Below are positions 18,885 to 28,884 of a DNA stretch of 64,000 nucleotides, one piece after another. The stretch's first letter is position 1. The number at the start of each line of letters is the position of its first letter. The notes under the pieces are model-generated. The model saw only the letters and a list, made by a program, of their open reading frames with translations, was not told the DNA's origin and ran no database searches. A program made the position numbers and the translations under genes. Location: positions 64,001 to 128,000 of the forward strand of contig JBEKSS010000004.1 in NCBI GenBank assembly GCA_049516875.1. Reading direction: 5' to 3'. The DNA comes from Candidatus Bathyarchaeia archaeon. GTDB lineage: Archaea > Thermoproteota > Bathyarchaeia > Bathyarchaeales > Bathycorpusculaceae.

Positions 18885-20543
18885 TTGCGGATACAAAAAG
18901 AGGTCAGAGCGGTTACGACCCTTCTTGCTGTGTTGTTAATTCTTGCTTCAGCAATAGTCGGCGGGTTTATTTCTTACATGTTTGCTGTGTCACCATTCTT
19001 TGCAGTTCCTAACAATGTTAGTCTGGGCATCACAGGCGCCAGTTTTTCGGTGAATCATCCGGATTACTTCGATATAACGGTGTTGAACCCGTCTTATTCA
19101 CCGTCTGGAACAAACATAACGAGCATTTATCTGAAGATTGATGGGGAAACCGGCTTGTTTAACGTGACAGACACAGTCCCAGGGCTACCCACACCTCTTG
19201 ACCCGGGAGCATCTACGGCTATTAGATGTTATTGGGATTGGGGCAGCTACGCGGGAAGAAGCATCACAGTGAACGTACTTCCCCAGAACGGCACAGGAGT
19301 TGCATTTACAGTTCAAACCGATTTCGTCAAGCTTGACGCAGACACTTATTTCAATGCGACAGAAAGCGTTACACAATTTAACGTAACCGTCACAAATGAA
19401 CTCAATTCAGTCTTGAATTTGACTATAAACAACGTTGTGATTGACTATACACCAGTTTCGAACCTCAGCATCGCTCTTCCAATGGTCCTCGACAATGGCC
19501 AGACTGTCAAATTCACTTGCTTCTTCGATTGGCAAGGGTACGTCAAGCCGCTTGTTGAAGTAGATACTATTGAAGGTTACAAGGCTCAGGTCCAAAAAAA
19601 CGTCTCTTCGGTCATTGATGTAGAAGTTGCGGGCGTCACGTTTAACGAAACGAATCCGAGTCAAGTCAGTGTGACGCTGTCGAACTCTGCAAACTCCGTC
19701 ACGCCCGTCGACATAGCAAACATCACGATCACGTACAGCAACATTACTGACGTGATAAACGGAACCCTTTCAAACCCGCCCCTTCCCTACAGGCTTGACA
19801 TAAACAATAGTGTCACCCTTAACTGCGTTTGGAACTGGACCGATGAAAGCTATCGCAATCTAAGCGTCAACGTAACAGCTTACACTAATCAGGGATTTGT
19901 TTCGCAGCCAACAACGGTCATAACACCCGCAGAGGTTGCGGCGAGAATAGACCACGCGGAATTTGATTTAGACCACACTGGACGTTTCACGGTAAACATG
20001 ACAAACCTGTCCTATTCACTTCAGACAATCAATGTCACAGAGATAGACTTCAACCAAAACTCAACAGGCACAGACTCTGCATTAGTAGCTGCCGGAGGGC
20101 AAGCTACTTTTGTTTGTGAATTCAACTGGTCCAGCTTCGTCGGACAAAATGTTGCAATCACCGCTAACGTAACCTATGGGGTGAATAATTCCTTGCTCGT
20201 GCCTTTCCAAGTGAACGTGCCATACTTCAGCGTAATGAACGTTTCATTTGGAAACTTCTCGCTTGGGAATCCATACATGAACGTGAACGTAACGGTCAGC
20301 GAGTTCTCCAAGATTGACGCGAACATCACTCAGATATTCATACAAACTGGAAACGCAACACAAACAATCGATGGGACCATATCAAACCCAAAGATAAGCC
20401 CATCAGGGTACCCGCTTGCCGCAGGCAACGAAATATCAGTCGTCTGTCCGTGGGATTGGAAGACCTATGTCGGCAACGATGTGACAGTCATTGTTCAGAC
20501 GGCGGACGGGTTCCAGTCGTCAACAACATTGAAAGTTCAGTAG
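18885..20543 (+). CDS. Secreted/surface protein with class III (pilin-like) signal peptide and five beta-rich repeats
   Basis: KEVRA|VTTLLAVLLILAS N-terminus; five C-x-[WF]-[DN]-W repeats; about 29 N-x-S/T sequons. Confidence 0.75.
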   Translation: MRIQKEVRAVTTLLAVLLILASAIVGGFISYMFAVSPFFAVPNNVSLGITGASFSVNHPDYFDITVLNPSYSPSGTNITSIYLKIDGETGLFNVTDTVPGLPTPLDPGASTAIRCYWDWGSYAGRSITVNVLPQNGTGVAFTVQTDFVKLDADTYFNATESVTQFNVTVTNELNSVLNLTINNVVIDYTPVSNLSIALPMVLDNGQTVKFTCFFDWQGYVKPLVEVDTIEGYKAQVQKNVSSVIDVEVAGVTFNETNPSQVSVTLSNSANSVTPVDIANITITYSNITDVINGTLSNPPLPYRLDINNSVTLNCVWNWTDESYRNLSVNVTAYTNQGFVSQPTTVITPAEVAARIDHAEFDLDHTGRFTVNMTNLSYSLQTINVTEIDFNQNSTGTDSALVAAGGQATFVCEFNWSSFVGQNVAITANVTYGVNNSLLVPFQVNVPYFSVMNVSFGNFSLGNPYMNVNVTVSEFSKIDANITQIFIQTGNATQTIDGTISNPKISPSGYPLAAGNEISVVCPWDWKTYVGNDVTVIVQTADGFQSSTTLKVQ

Positions 20544-20580
20544 TCTTTCCACAATCTTTATCTTATTTTCGGAAGAACCC

Positions 20581-21801
20581 TTGCCCAAGGGGAGGATCAC
20601 CTTGACTGATGTGAAGACAACCGAAAGGGTGCGTACGATAGAATACGCGATCCGCGATGTTATAGTTCATGCAAGACAGGTTGCAAAGACTGGTAAGAAG
20701 ATTTACTATCTGAACATAGGAGATCCTAACGCTTTTGATTTTGACACTCCACCACACATCAAACAGGCCTTGGTGAAGGCTGTTGAAGAGGGAGCAAACT
20801 TTTACTCAGCTTCGGAAGGATTGCCAGAACTCAGGGAAGCCATCAGTCAGAAGGAAAAAAAGGTCAACGGCGTTGAAATCTCTGCTGAAGATGTAATTGT
20901 TACTTCAGGAATTTCTGAGGGTATCCAAATGGCAACAGCGGCCCTCATCGACTCAGGTGATGAAATTCTACTCCCAGGACCGACCTATCCGCCTTACATT
21001 TCCTACGCCAGATTCTTCAACGGAAAACCGGTAACATACGAGACAGTCGAAGAAAACGGCTGGCAACCAAACATCGACGATCTTAGAAGCAAGATATCCA
21101 ACAAAACGCGTGGAATAGTGATTATCAACCCCAACAATCCTTGCGGCGCGCTTTATGGAGAAAAAGCCGTGAAACAGATTTTGAATTTGGCAGGAGAGTA
21201 TGACGTTCCGGTCCTGTCGGACGAAATCTATGATCAGCTAGTTTTTGAAAAGAGGTTTGTCAGCACAGCCCACATAGCTAAAGACATCCCGGTAATAGGA
21301 CTGAACGGTTTCTCAAAGGCATACCTAATGACTGGATGGAGACTTGGTTACCTCTACTTCCACAGCCCAGAAGGACAGTTGCAAGAGTTAAAACAGTGTA
21401 TCGAAAAAGAAGCAAGAATAAGGCTCTGTGCAAACACGCCAGTCCAAAAGGCAGGAGTTGCAGCCTTGAACGGCCCGCAAGACCACATCAAATTGACCGT
21501 TGAAAAGCTCCGGCAAAGAAGCAGATACGCGTGGAAAAGGCTGAACGAAATCGAAGGATTGAGTTGTGCGAGACCAGAAGCCGCATTCTACGTTTTCCCC
21601 AAGATCGGCGCAATAGGGTCAAAGTGGAAAACAGACATGGAGTTTGTGCTAGATCTTCTGAAGGAAACAGGCGTGCTGTTTGTGCACGGTTCAGGGTTTG
21701 ACCCAGATTATGGTGCTGGCCACGTTAGGGGAGTTGTGCTTCCACCGCTTGAGACGCTTGAAGAAGCGCTTGACAAAGTTGAGGAATTCATGAAAAAGTG
21801 A
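20581..21801 (+). CDS. Class I PLP aminotransferase (alanine aminotransferase AlaA-like)
   Basis: YAIRD, LNIGDP, INPNNPCG, SDEIYD and GFSKAYLMTGWRLG motifs. Confidence 0.88.
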   Translation: MPKGRITLTDVKTTERVRTIEYAIRDVIVHARQVAKTGKKIYYLNIGDPNAFDFDTPPHIKQALVKAVEEGANFYSASEGLPELREAISQKEKKVNGVEISAEDVIVTSGISEGIQMATAALIDSGDEILLPGPTYPPYISYARFFNGKPVTYETVEENGWQPNIDDLRSKISNKTRGIVIINPNNPCGALYGEKAVKQILNLAGEYDVPVLSDEIYDQLVFEKRFVSTAHIAKDIPVIGLNGFSKAYLMTGWRLGYLYFHSPEGQLQELKQCIEKEARIRLCANTPVQKAGVAALNGPQDHIKLTVEKLRQRSRYAWKRLNEIEGLSCARPEAAFYVFPKIGAIGSKWKTDMEFVLDLLKETGVLFVHGSGFDPDYGAGHVRGVVLPPLETLEEALDKVEEFMKK

Positions 21802-21829
21802 AGGCAGGTTGAGTTTATCGACCCTGCCT
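21802..21829. terminator. Hairpin between convergent genes
   Basis: aggcagg (21802-21808) / cctgcct (21823-21829), followed by a T-rich tract. Confidence 0.45.
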
Positions 21830-21845
21830 GTTGTTTACTTGTGGA

Positions 21846-22733
21846 TTAAATCAGTACTCCTTGCTTCGGATCTGAAACCAGTTTTGAGAATTCTTCCATC
21901 AGTTTCTTGGTTATAGGACCTGGTTTAGCGCTGTTTATTGTCCGTTTGTTTATTTCTCTGACCGGAACTATTTCCGCGGCTGTTCCTGTGAAGAAAACTT
22001 CCTCCGCGTTAAACAGTTCGTATGGCGTTATGTTCTTCTCTTCAACCTCAAAGCCCAATCCTCTGGCAAGCTTCATCACTTCTTGCGCAGTTATTCCCGG
22101 CAGTGCACCCGTGTAGCTTGGAGGCGTAAACAATTTTCCGTTTTTCACAATAAATATGTTCTCTGCCACCCCCTCGCACACGTAGCCGTTCTTGTCGAGG
22201 CATATTGCCTCGTCTACGCCGTTTATGTTTGCCTCGATTTTTGCAAGTATGCTGTTAAGGTAATTGAGCGATTTTATCTCATGTGACGTTGCGTCAACAG
22301 GGTCCCTCTTAACCCATGAGAGCATGGCTGTGACGCCTTTCTCTTTTGCTTCCCCCTTGTGGAGCGCGATTTTGTCAGTTATCACGATTATTGTTGGCCT
22401 CAGACACTTCTTTGGGTTCAGTCCCAAGTCCCCTACTCCTCTTGTAACGACTAGGCGGATGTAAGAATCTTTGAGGTTGTTCCTTCGCAGCGTCTCCACA
22501 ACTGCCTGCACCATCTGCTCCCTTGCTACTGGAATTTCAAGCATTATCATGTGAGCTGAACGGTAGAGTCTGTCAACGTGTTCCTTCAATTTGAACACTG
22601 AACCGCTGTAGGCACGAATTCCCTCAAACACTCCATCACCGTACAGAAGTCCGTGATCGAAAACTGAAACTTTCGCTTGTGACTTTGGATAATATGCCCC
22701 ATCGATGTAGACCTGCAGTTCTTTCTCCAACAT
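21846..22733 (-). CDS. ilvE: Branched-chain amino acid aminotransferase
   Basis: DHGLLYGDGVFEGIR, YIRLVVTRG, KSLNYLNS, LPGIT and FFTGTAAE motifs. Confidence 0.93.
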   Translation of the reverse strand: MLEKELQVYIDGAYYPKSQAKVSVFDHGLLYGDGVFEGIRAYSGSVFKLKEHVDRLYRSAHMIMLEIPVAREQMVQAVVETLRRNNLKDSYIRLVVTRGVGDLGLNPKKCLRPTIIVITDKIALHKGEAKEKGVTAMLSWVKRDPVDATSHEIKSLNYLNSILAKIEANINGVDEAICLDKNGYVCEGVAENIFIVKNGKLFTPPSYTGALPGITAQEVMKLARGLGFEVEEKNITPYELFNAEEVFFTGTAAEIVPVREINKRTINSAKPGPITKKLMEEFSKLVSDPKQGVLI

Positions 22734-22815
22734 TTTGCCCCCAAACCGAGAAGCTAGTCTATTAAATTAAGGTCTGATATATCTTTTGGAAAGAAAAGCT
22801 GGTTTTTTACCAGTG

Positions 22816-24684
22816 CTAACCGTGAAATTGCGGTCTCTTTGACACGTATTTTGGCAGCGGAAGCGCTTTGAAAGGCCTGTTAAGGGTTGTTTTTTCGATT
22901 ACGCTCATTAGTTCTTTAAGCTTCATGCTTAGCACTTTTCCCGCTGCCCTGTCCCTCACTGGAATCACGCCGGAATCAATTTCTCTTTTTCCCACTACAA
23001 TTATGTACGGGATCCATTCCATCTCGGCCTCGCGGACCTTTTTCTGGAGTGTCAATGCTCGATCATCAATGTCCACTCGTATGCAGTGTGCTTCCATTTC
23101 TTCCGTCATCTTTTCAACGTCCTTTAAGAAACTGTCTGATATTGGAATCATGCGGACTTGTGTTGGCGAGAGCCAGACTGGAAGCATCGGTGACTTGCCG
23201 ATCTGCTGTTCTTTATAGGCTTTTTCTAGCAGCGCGTACACGTCTCTTTCAATTGCCCCACTCGGGGAGCAGTGCAGAATCAGAGGGTGCTTTTTTTGGC
23301 CTTTTTCGTCGGTGTAGGTTATGTCGTATCTTTCAGCGTTTTCAACGTCGATCTGATCTGTTGAGAGTGCAGCGGCTTTGTTTTGGTTGTCTACGAAGTT
23401 GAAGTCCCACTTGAGCACGAAATAGAAGAAACGTTCATTCCACATCTCGACGAGAACTGGTTTCCCAAACACCTTCGCCAAAGAAGCGACGAAGTCTTTG
23501 TTCTTTTCGTAAAAGTCTTTTGTGAACCGTATTCCCGCCTCATAGTCGTCTCGGGATAATCCGATTTCGTCCAGCATTTGCATGCTCAGCTTGAATCTTG
23601 TTATGAATTCTTTCTTGGCCTGCTCCAGATCCGCGCAGAAAGCGTGGCAGTCAGGCATGCTGAAGGCTCTCAAACGTCTTAAGCCTACGACCTCTCCGCT
23701 CTTCTCTCTTCTGAAACTGTAACGGGTCAACTCGTAGACTTTCATTGGCATTTGCTTGTACGAGAACTGTGCGTCGTGAACCATCAAAAACTGTCCGAAA
23801 CACGCGGCGAAACGTAGGAAGAGTTCTTTGTCTTCTGATTTCAGCAAGTACTGTCTTGCAGGGAAACGATTCAGGTAATCCGCGAGGCTTGGGTGTTGGA
23901 AATCATACATGACTGGGGTCTCAACTTCCATGGCGCCGTATTCGTTCATCTTTGCCGTTACAAACTGTTCGAGCAGAGATTTAACAAGTCGTCCTTTCGG
24001 GTACCAACGGATGTTGCCAGGGTCGCTTCCAGGCTCGTAGTCTGCGATTTCCAGTCTTTTCATCAAAGTCACGTGGGGCGGTATCTGCTGGCTTGCCCGG
24101 ACTTTGGATATTTCATATTTCGCGAATTTCTCGAGGTTTTCGTGGCCTTTGAACTTGAAGTCTTCAACCGCAACGAGTTTTCCATCCGGCTGCAGAATGT
24201 ACCAGAAGGATTTGAGCTTTTCTTCCGCTTTGGCTGCTTCAGAAATCTTTTCCTCTTCCTTCTTGACTGCCTTTGTTGGCAATATTACGCGGGCTTGCTC
24301 GGCGAGAGGATGGCCCTTTATTGAAATTGTAAACTGCTTGTTCCAACCGAAAGGTGCGCGGAATGTTTCTATTCCCTTCTTTTTCGCGTAAGCTTCCATT
24401 GCTTTAACAGTTTTCAATGCTTCTGACGGTTTAGCCAAGTTGCTGCTCAAATGCGCATAGGGGTAAATCAAGATGCGGTTTGTCTTCTGCTTCTCAAGGA
24501 AAGTTTGAACCTCGTCGATGGCCTTTTGGGCCACCGTCTTGTCGTCGTCTTCCTCCACCGCCGTGAACAGGACGACCACTTCTTCTAGACGAACCTCCTT
24601 CTTTTCAGCCTCTTCAGCTATGGCCACTTCTTTCTTCACTGGTCTATAGGCGATGAAATTTGAGTGCAACTGCAATATTCGCAT
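22816..24684 (-). CDS. thrS: Threonyl-tRNA synthetase (archaeal, with editing domain)
   Basis: MRILQLHS, YPYAHLSS, RAPFGW, LRFAACFG, MPDCHAF and HCSPSGAIER motifs. Confidence 0.95.
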   Translation of the reverse strand: MRILQLHSNFIAYRPVKKEVAIAEEAEKKEVRLEEVVVLFTAVEEDDDKTVAQKAIDEVQTFLEKQKTNRILIYPYAHLSSNLAKPSEALKTVKAMEAYAKKKGIETFRAPFGWNKQFTISIKGHPLAEQARVILPTKAVKKEEEKISEAAKAEEKLKSFWYILQPDGKLVAVEDFKFKGHENLEKFAKYEISKVRASQQIPPHVTLMKRLEIADYEPGSDPGNIRWYPKGRLVKSLLEQFVTAKMNEYGAMEVETPVMYDFQHPSLADYLNRFPARQYLLKSEDKELFLRFAACFGQFLMVHDAQFSYKQMPMKVYELTRYSFRREKSGEVVGLRRLRAFSMPDCHAFCADLEQAKKEFITRFKLSMQMLDEIGLSRDDYEAGIRFTKDFYEKNKDFVASLAKVFGKPVLVEMWNERFFYFVLKWDFNFVDNQNKAAALSTDQIDVENAERYDITYTDEKGQKKHPLILHCSPSGAIERDVYALLEKAYKEQQIGKSPMLPVWLSPTQVRMIPISDSFLKDVEKMTEEMEAHCIRVDIDDRALTLQKKVREAEMEWIPYIIVVGKREIDSGVIPVRDRAAGKVLSMKLKELMSVIEKTTLNRPFKALPLPKYVSKRPQFHG

Positions 24685-24704
24685 AGAACGTGTGCCTCCC
24701 GATT

Positions 24705-24911
24705 CTAGGCGCTGTAGCGCCATTTCTCAATCTGCTTATCTTTCTTCGTCTTCTTTTTGAACTCCTTGTAGTGTTCTTTGCAGAGGTAAGCCCGTTTCTC
24801 GTTGCCCACTTTGAGACCAGCAGTCTTCACCTTTTCAGCTGAGAGTGAGCGAACTGCTTCTCGCCCGCAGCCTGACACGCTGCATTTCGCACCTTTATCG
24901 ATACGTCCCAC
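24705..24911 (-). CDS. Small basic Zn-binding protein upstream of thrS
   Basis: CSVSGC...YLCKEHY motif and Lys-rich tail; GTG start at 24911. Confidence 0.75.
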   Translation of the reverse strand: MGRIDKGAKCSVSGCGREAVRSLSAEKVKTAGLKVGNEKRAYLCKEHYKEFKKKTKKDKQIEKWRYSA

Positions 24912-24957
24912 ACCTAACGCCTCAAGTTTGTTCAATGTTTAACGCATACAATACGCG

Positions 24958-25872
24958 TTATTCCTTAATTTCTTTTTCATATAGAGCGTGCGCTCTTCGA
25001 TAGATTTCGTCTTTGTCGCCGAATGACGTCGGACCGATTCCCTCAACAACTAGCGAAGCAGCTGCGGAACCTACGTGCGAGCACCAGGCGCAATCTTCAC
25101 CGCGGGCGTATTCTGCTAGAAAAGCTCCGATGAAGGCATCTCCAGCGCCCGTAGGGTCGACCAGTTTCTCAGGTTTGTAGGCCGGAACTCTGTGGATTGT
25201 ATGTTCAATTGAAACCACGGCGCCTTCAGCTCCTAAAGTCACAATAACTATGTTGACGCCATGGTTGTGCACGGCTTCTATGGCTGAATCAACGTCGGAC
25301 AGACCTGTTAAGGCTTGAATTTCTCTCGGAGTAGACTTGAAAACGTCAATCAGGCCTAAGATGCGCCTGTCCGTTGGCTGTTCAAGAGTGACATTCCCGT
25401 TCTCGTCGAAAGCTCGTACTAGTCCTTGCGAATCAAGGGACAAAATCTCTGTGCAGCTTTTCAGTTTCTCGGCTACCTCATATGTGATTTCGCCAACAAT
25501 TGGTGCAAGATGTATGATCTTTGCTTTCAGAGGATTAGGCAAGTCTTCTACACGAATTGGGGGCATCCTGTTCTTTGAACAGAGGCTGCGATTCGACAGA
25601 TCATTATCGTATCTCAGCTCAAAGCGAGTAGTAAGCGCATCTTGCACGGTGGCCAACCCGGATAAATCTATACCTTCCTGCTGGAGCCACCACTTGTAAG
25701 CTGCTGGAAAATCGGCGCCAACTTTTGAAATGACTGATACTCTTGCGTCTAAACGCCTAGCTGCAAACGAGACGTAAGCAACCGAGCCGCCTAAAACGAT
25801 GAATGCAGATTGTCGACTCGGCAGGAAAATTGAATCTATGCTAAAGTGACCAACCGACACGATGTCAAACAA
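24958..25872 (-). CDS. PfkB-family carbohydrate kinase
   Basis: GGSVAY, VTLGAEG and DPTGAGDAF motifs. Confidence 0.9.
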   Translation of the reverse strand: MFDIVSVGHFSIDSIFLPSRQSAFIVLGGSVAYVSFAARRLDARVSVISKVGADFPAAYKWWLQQEGIDLSGLATVQDALTTRFELRYDNDLSNRSLCSKNRMPPIRVEDLPNPLKAKIIHLAPIVGEITYEVAEKLKSCTEILSLDSQGLVRAFDENGNVTLEQPTDRRILGLIDVFKSTPREIQALTGLSDVDSAIEAVHNHGVNIVIVTLGAEGAVVSIEHTIHRVPAYKPEKLVDPTGAGDAFIGAFLAEYARGEDCAWCSHVGSAAASLVVEGIGPTSFGDKDEIYRRAHALYEKEIKE

Positions 25873-26028
25873 GTATGCTCCAAGCCTCTGCTGGAATATT
25901 GCGTTGAAGTAAACTTAAAGCCAGCGGAGCGTTAGCTCCACTTGTCTTCACATTGAGCATTTATCAGCATCTAAGTTGCTTATTCGCACACGCGCCTTAT
26001 TGCACGAATTGGTGCGCTTTTGCTGATA

Positions 26029-26178
26029 TCATGGTCTTACACATTCAGCTTTCGGTCGATACGGTCGCTTCAATGTTCTCTTCCGTTTGTGATAGGCACA
26101 CTCCTGGATCCGTATTACCATGTATCCGTTGTCTTGATATTTGCACCCGCAGGGCAGCGTTGTTATCTTTTCTTCCAT
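26029..26178 (-). CDS. 49-aa candidate Zn-finger microprotein (absent from the ORF track)
   Basis: MEEKITTLPCGCKYQDNGYMVIRIQECAYHKRKRTLKRPYRPKAECVRP*; GGTG upstream of the ATG. Confidence 0.55.
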   Translation of the reverse strand: MEEKITTLPCGCKYQDNGYMVIRIQECAYHKRKRTLKRPYRPKAECVRP

Positions 26179-26263
26179 GTTTATGCACCATTTTTCAATG
26201 GTTTACGTTGTGACGCACTTTTGTTTCTTCCTTTGTGCTAATCGGGGACGATCTGTACATTTT

Positions 26264-27250
26264 CTAAGGCATGAATCTCTTGTAGACTGGGTGCCCCTTA
26301 AACCGCAGGGTTGTTTCTGACTTTTCCACGGTTCCGCTGGGCAATCTCATGCAAAGAGAGTTTACGATTGCTCCGTCTGGTATGAATCTGACGCCGTCCA
26401 GCAGTTCGCCCTTCGTCACACCTGAGGCAGCAAACACAAGTTCGTTGCCTTTGGCCAACTCGTCTTGGCAGTAGGTCTTGTCCACATTAACTCCTTCAGC
26501 TTGCAACCTGTCCAGCCTCTTCGGATCGTCTTTCTTGTCTTTCCAGACTTTCACGAGCATAGTGCCGCCTAGAGTTTTGATGGCAGTGGCCGCAATTGTT
26601 GCCTCGGGTCCCGCGCCCGCACCTAAGAGGAGATCTACGCCTGAGCTCGGTCTACAGGTGACAACTGCCCCTGCGATGTCGCCGTCAGGAATGAGGATGA
26701 TGCGGACGCCCAGCTTCCTGAGGCAGTGCAGGATCTCAATGTGCCTTTCACGCTCCAACATTATGATTGTGAAGTTCTCAAGAGGCAAACCTTTTTCTCG
26801 AGCAACTGTGCGCACGATCTCTTCAATCGACATGTCCAACGAAATCTTTCCAATTGAATGGCGGTCAGTCGCCACTTTGAAATAGTATCCGTCATCGGGA
26901 AGCACCTGAAAACAGCCGGCGGGTGCACATGCAAGCGCGGAAATAGCGTCCTTTCTGCCCTTAGAAGCAGCGGTTGTTCCGTCCACTGGGTCAACGACAA
27001 ACTCGACTTTCGGACCTTTGCCTGTTCCAACTTTCTCTCTGCGCATGAAGGCGGGTGCCTTGTCTTTAGGTCCTTCGCACGCAATCACGTCGCCTTCAAC
27101 GTCTGTTTGAGCCAAAACCGCCCTTGAGAATTCAACGGCTTTCGAATCTATCAAGTCCTCGTTACCTTGACCAATGTGCATTGCGGCTCCAACAGCCCCG
27201 GCAACGGTGATTCTCGTCAACGAAGGCGCTAAAGCTCTGAGAGAAACCAA
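26264..27250 (-). CDS. glpX: Class II fructose-1,6-bisphosphatase (divergent GlpX)
   Basis: EKVGTG, VDPVDGTT, RERH, DGDIAG and FAASGVTKGELLDGV motifs. Confidence 0.85.
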   Translation of the reverse strand: MVSLRALAPSLTRITVAGAVGAAMHIGQGNEDLIDSKAVEFSRAVLAQTDVEGDVIACEGPKDKAPAFMRREKVGTGKGPKVEFVVDPVDGTTAASKGRKDAISALACAPAGCFQVLPDDGYYFKVATDRHSIGKISLDMSIEEIVRTVAREKGLPLENFTIIMLERERHIEILHCLRKLGVRIILIPDGDIAGAVVTCRPSSGVDLLLGAGAGPEATIAATAIKTLGGTMLVKVWKDKKDDPKRLDRLQAEGVNVDKTYCQDELAKGNELVFAASGVTKGELLDGVRFIPDGAIVNSLCMRLPSGTVEKSETTLRFKGHPVYKRFMP

Positions 27251-27601
27251 ACATTGCACCTCTCAAATCACTTATGAAGCCTCGATAGCTTTTCTAGCTT
27301 CTGGCCTATTTCCTTTGCGTATGGCCTAGTCCTTACTAGCAATTTATGTTTGGTCTGACTCTGCCACAGTTCAGCATGCGGAGCCTGATGCTACCAAGCA
27401 ATTTAACAACCGATTTGCTCCAACCACGATGCTCAAATCCAAACATGAGGCCCCAAGAAGCAGCTGAAGAATACCAAACGTTGTCAGCCATGTTTACGCC
27501 AAAACATCCTTGATTTCACCAACAACTGCAGATTCTGGCGCACACCAACTCCACAAAATTTATACGCATTTGCAAAGATATACGAGAATCCGTGGTAAGA
27601 A

Positions 27602-28021
27602 ATGGAAATGGAGAAAATAGCACGATGGGCTTTCGTGGCTGTCGTGGTCATAGCAATTGTCATGGGGCTAGTCGTCGGTTACATGGCCAACGTTGCGACG
27701 GCACATTTTTCGGATTCCAATGTTACAAACGCTAGCGCATATGTCACATTAATACTGGTGATTCTGGGGATAGTGGTCGGGTTCATCAGTGTAACGGCAA
27801 AGGAGGTCACACCATTTCTTGTAGCAGCAATCGCTTTAATAGTAGCTGGCTTGTCAAGCGTAGGATATCCGAACATTTGGTACTTTTTTCTTAATTACGG
27901 CACCTTGAATCTGCTTTATTACTGGGCAACGGAAATTCTGACCTACATCGTGGCGTTCGTTGCACCTGCCGTGGTCATAATTGCCCTTAGATCCCTCCTT
28001 GCCATGGAAAAAGCGAAGTAG
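27602..28021 (+). CDS. Four-TM membrane protein of unknown function
   Basis: Hydrophobic helices; ILGIVVGFISVTAKEVTPFLVAAIAL; followed by a T-rich tract. Confidence 0.75.
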   Translation: MEMEKIARWAFVAVVVIAIVMGLVVGYMANVATAHFSDSNVTNASAYVTLILVILGIVVGFISVTAKEVTPFLVAAIALIVAGLSSVGYPNIWYFFLNYGTLNLLYYWATEILTYIVAFVAPAVVIIALRSLLAMEKAK

Positions 28022-28028
28022 GACACTT

Positions 28029-28057
28029 GTTCTTCCTTTTCTTCTTTTTTTGTTTTC
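28029..28057 (+). terminator. Poly-T archaeal terminator
   Basis: ttcttccttttcttctttttttgtttt immediately after the stop codon. Confidence 0.5.
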
Positions 28058-28183
28058 CAGTTTCACTAATAGCTTGAATGACTTTGGCCGTGATTCTAGA
28101 TTGCAATTACGTTTTACACTGCGTGAAAACCGCGAAAAAAGCAAATGTGCTTGATTGATTATAAGCTAGAGTCCAAATAGTAT

Positions 28184-28762
28184 TTGAGACAAAGCAAATT
28201 GTACGCTAATAGGCTCTTCGATGATGAGAAAGAAAGGATAAAATGGCAAAACCCAGGCGTCATTCTGGTTAACGTGGGCGTGAAAAGTGGGCTCACATTC
28301 GTGGATGTGGGCTGCGGCGACGGGTTCTTTGCAGTTCCAGCCGCAAGGCTCGTGGGCAAAGAAGGAAGAGTCTACGGTTTGGACGCTGACCCTGAAGCGA
28401 TTGACAGGTTGAAGGAAAAAGCCACGAAAGAAAGACTAAGAAACCTCAAGCCAAAAGTCGGAATGGCTGAAGAAACGTTTTTTTGTGATGCATGCGCAGA
28501 CGTTGTTTTCTTTGGAATAGTCTTCCATGACTTCATGGACCCAAACAAAGTATTATCAAACGCCAAGCGAATGCTCAAACCCACCGGACGACTGATAGAT
28601 CTCGACTGGAAAAAGGAACCTATGCGACTAGGTCCACCTCTTCAAATAAGATTTAGCGAGGAGAAAGCCTCTAGCCTCATAGAAGCAGCAGTCTTCAATA
28701 TAGAAGACATAAAGGAAGAAGGACTTTACCATTACATAATAGTTGCAACACCTGGGGCTTGA
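28184..28762 (+). CDS. Class I SAM-dependent methyltransferase
   Basis: VDVGCGDG, VYGLD, LKPTGRL..DWKK and GPPLQIRFS motifs. Confidence 0.85.
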   Translation: MRQSKLYANRLFDDEKERIKWQNPGVILVNVGVKSGLTFVDVGCGDGFFAVPAARLVGKEGRVYGLDADPEAIDRLKEKATKERLRNLKPKVGMAEETFFCDACADVVFFGIVFHDFMDPNKVLSNAKRMLKPTGRLIDLDWKKEPMRLGPPLQIRFSEEKASSLIEAAVFNIEDIKEEGLYHYIIVATPGA

Positions 28763-28884
28763 CTGAACTTCAACGAGTTCATTTAAGCTGGAACAACTCA
28801 GCTTAAGCCAGAAAAGCAGAACCCCTTTGGCAAGGATGCACCAAGCAAGTGTAGCAATCAAGATTTATTTTATTCAGCCGCTTA

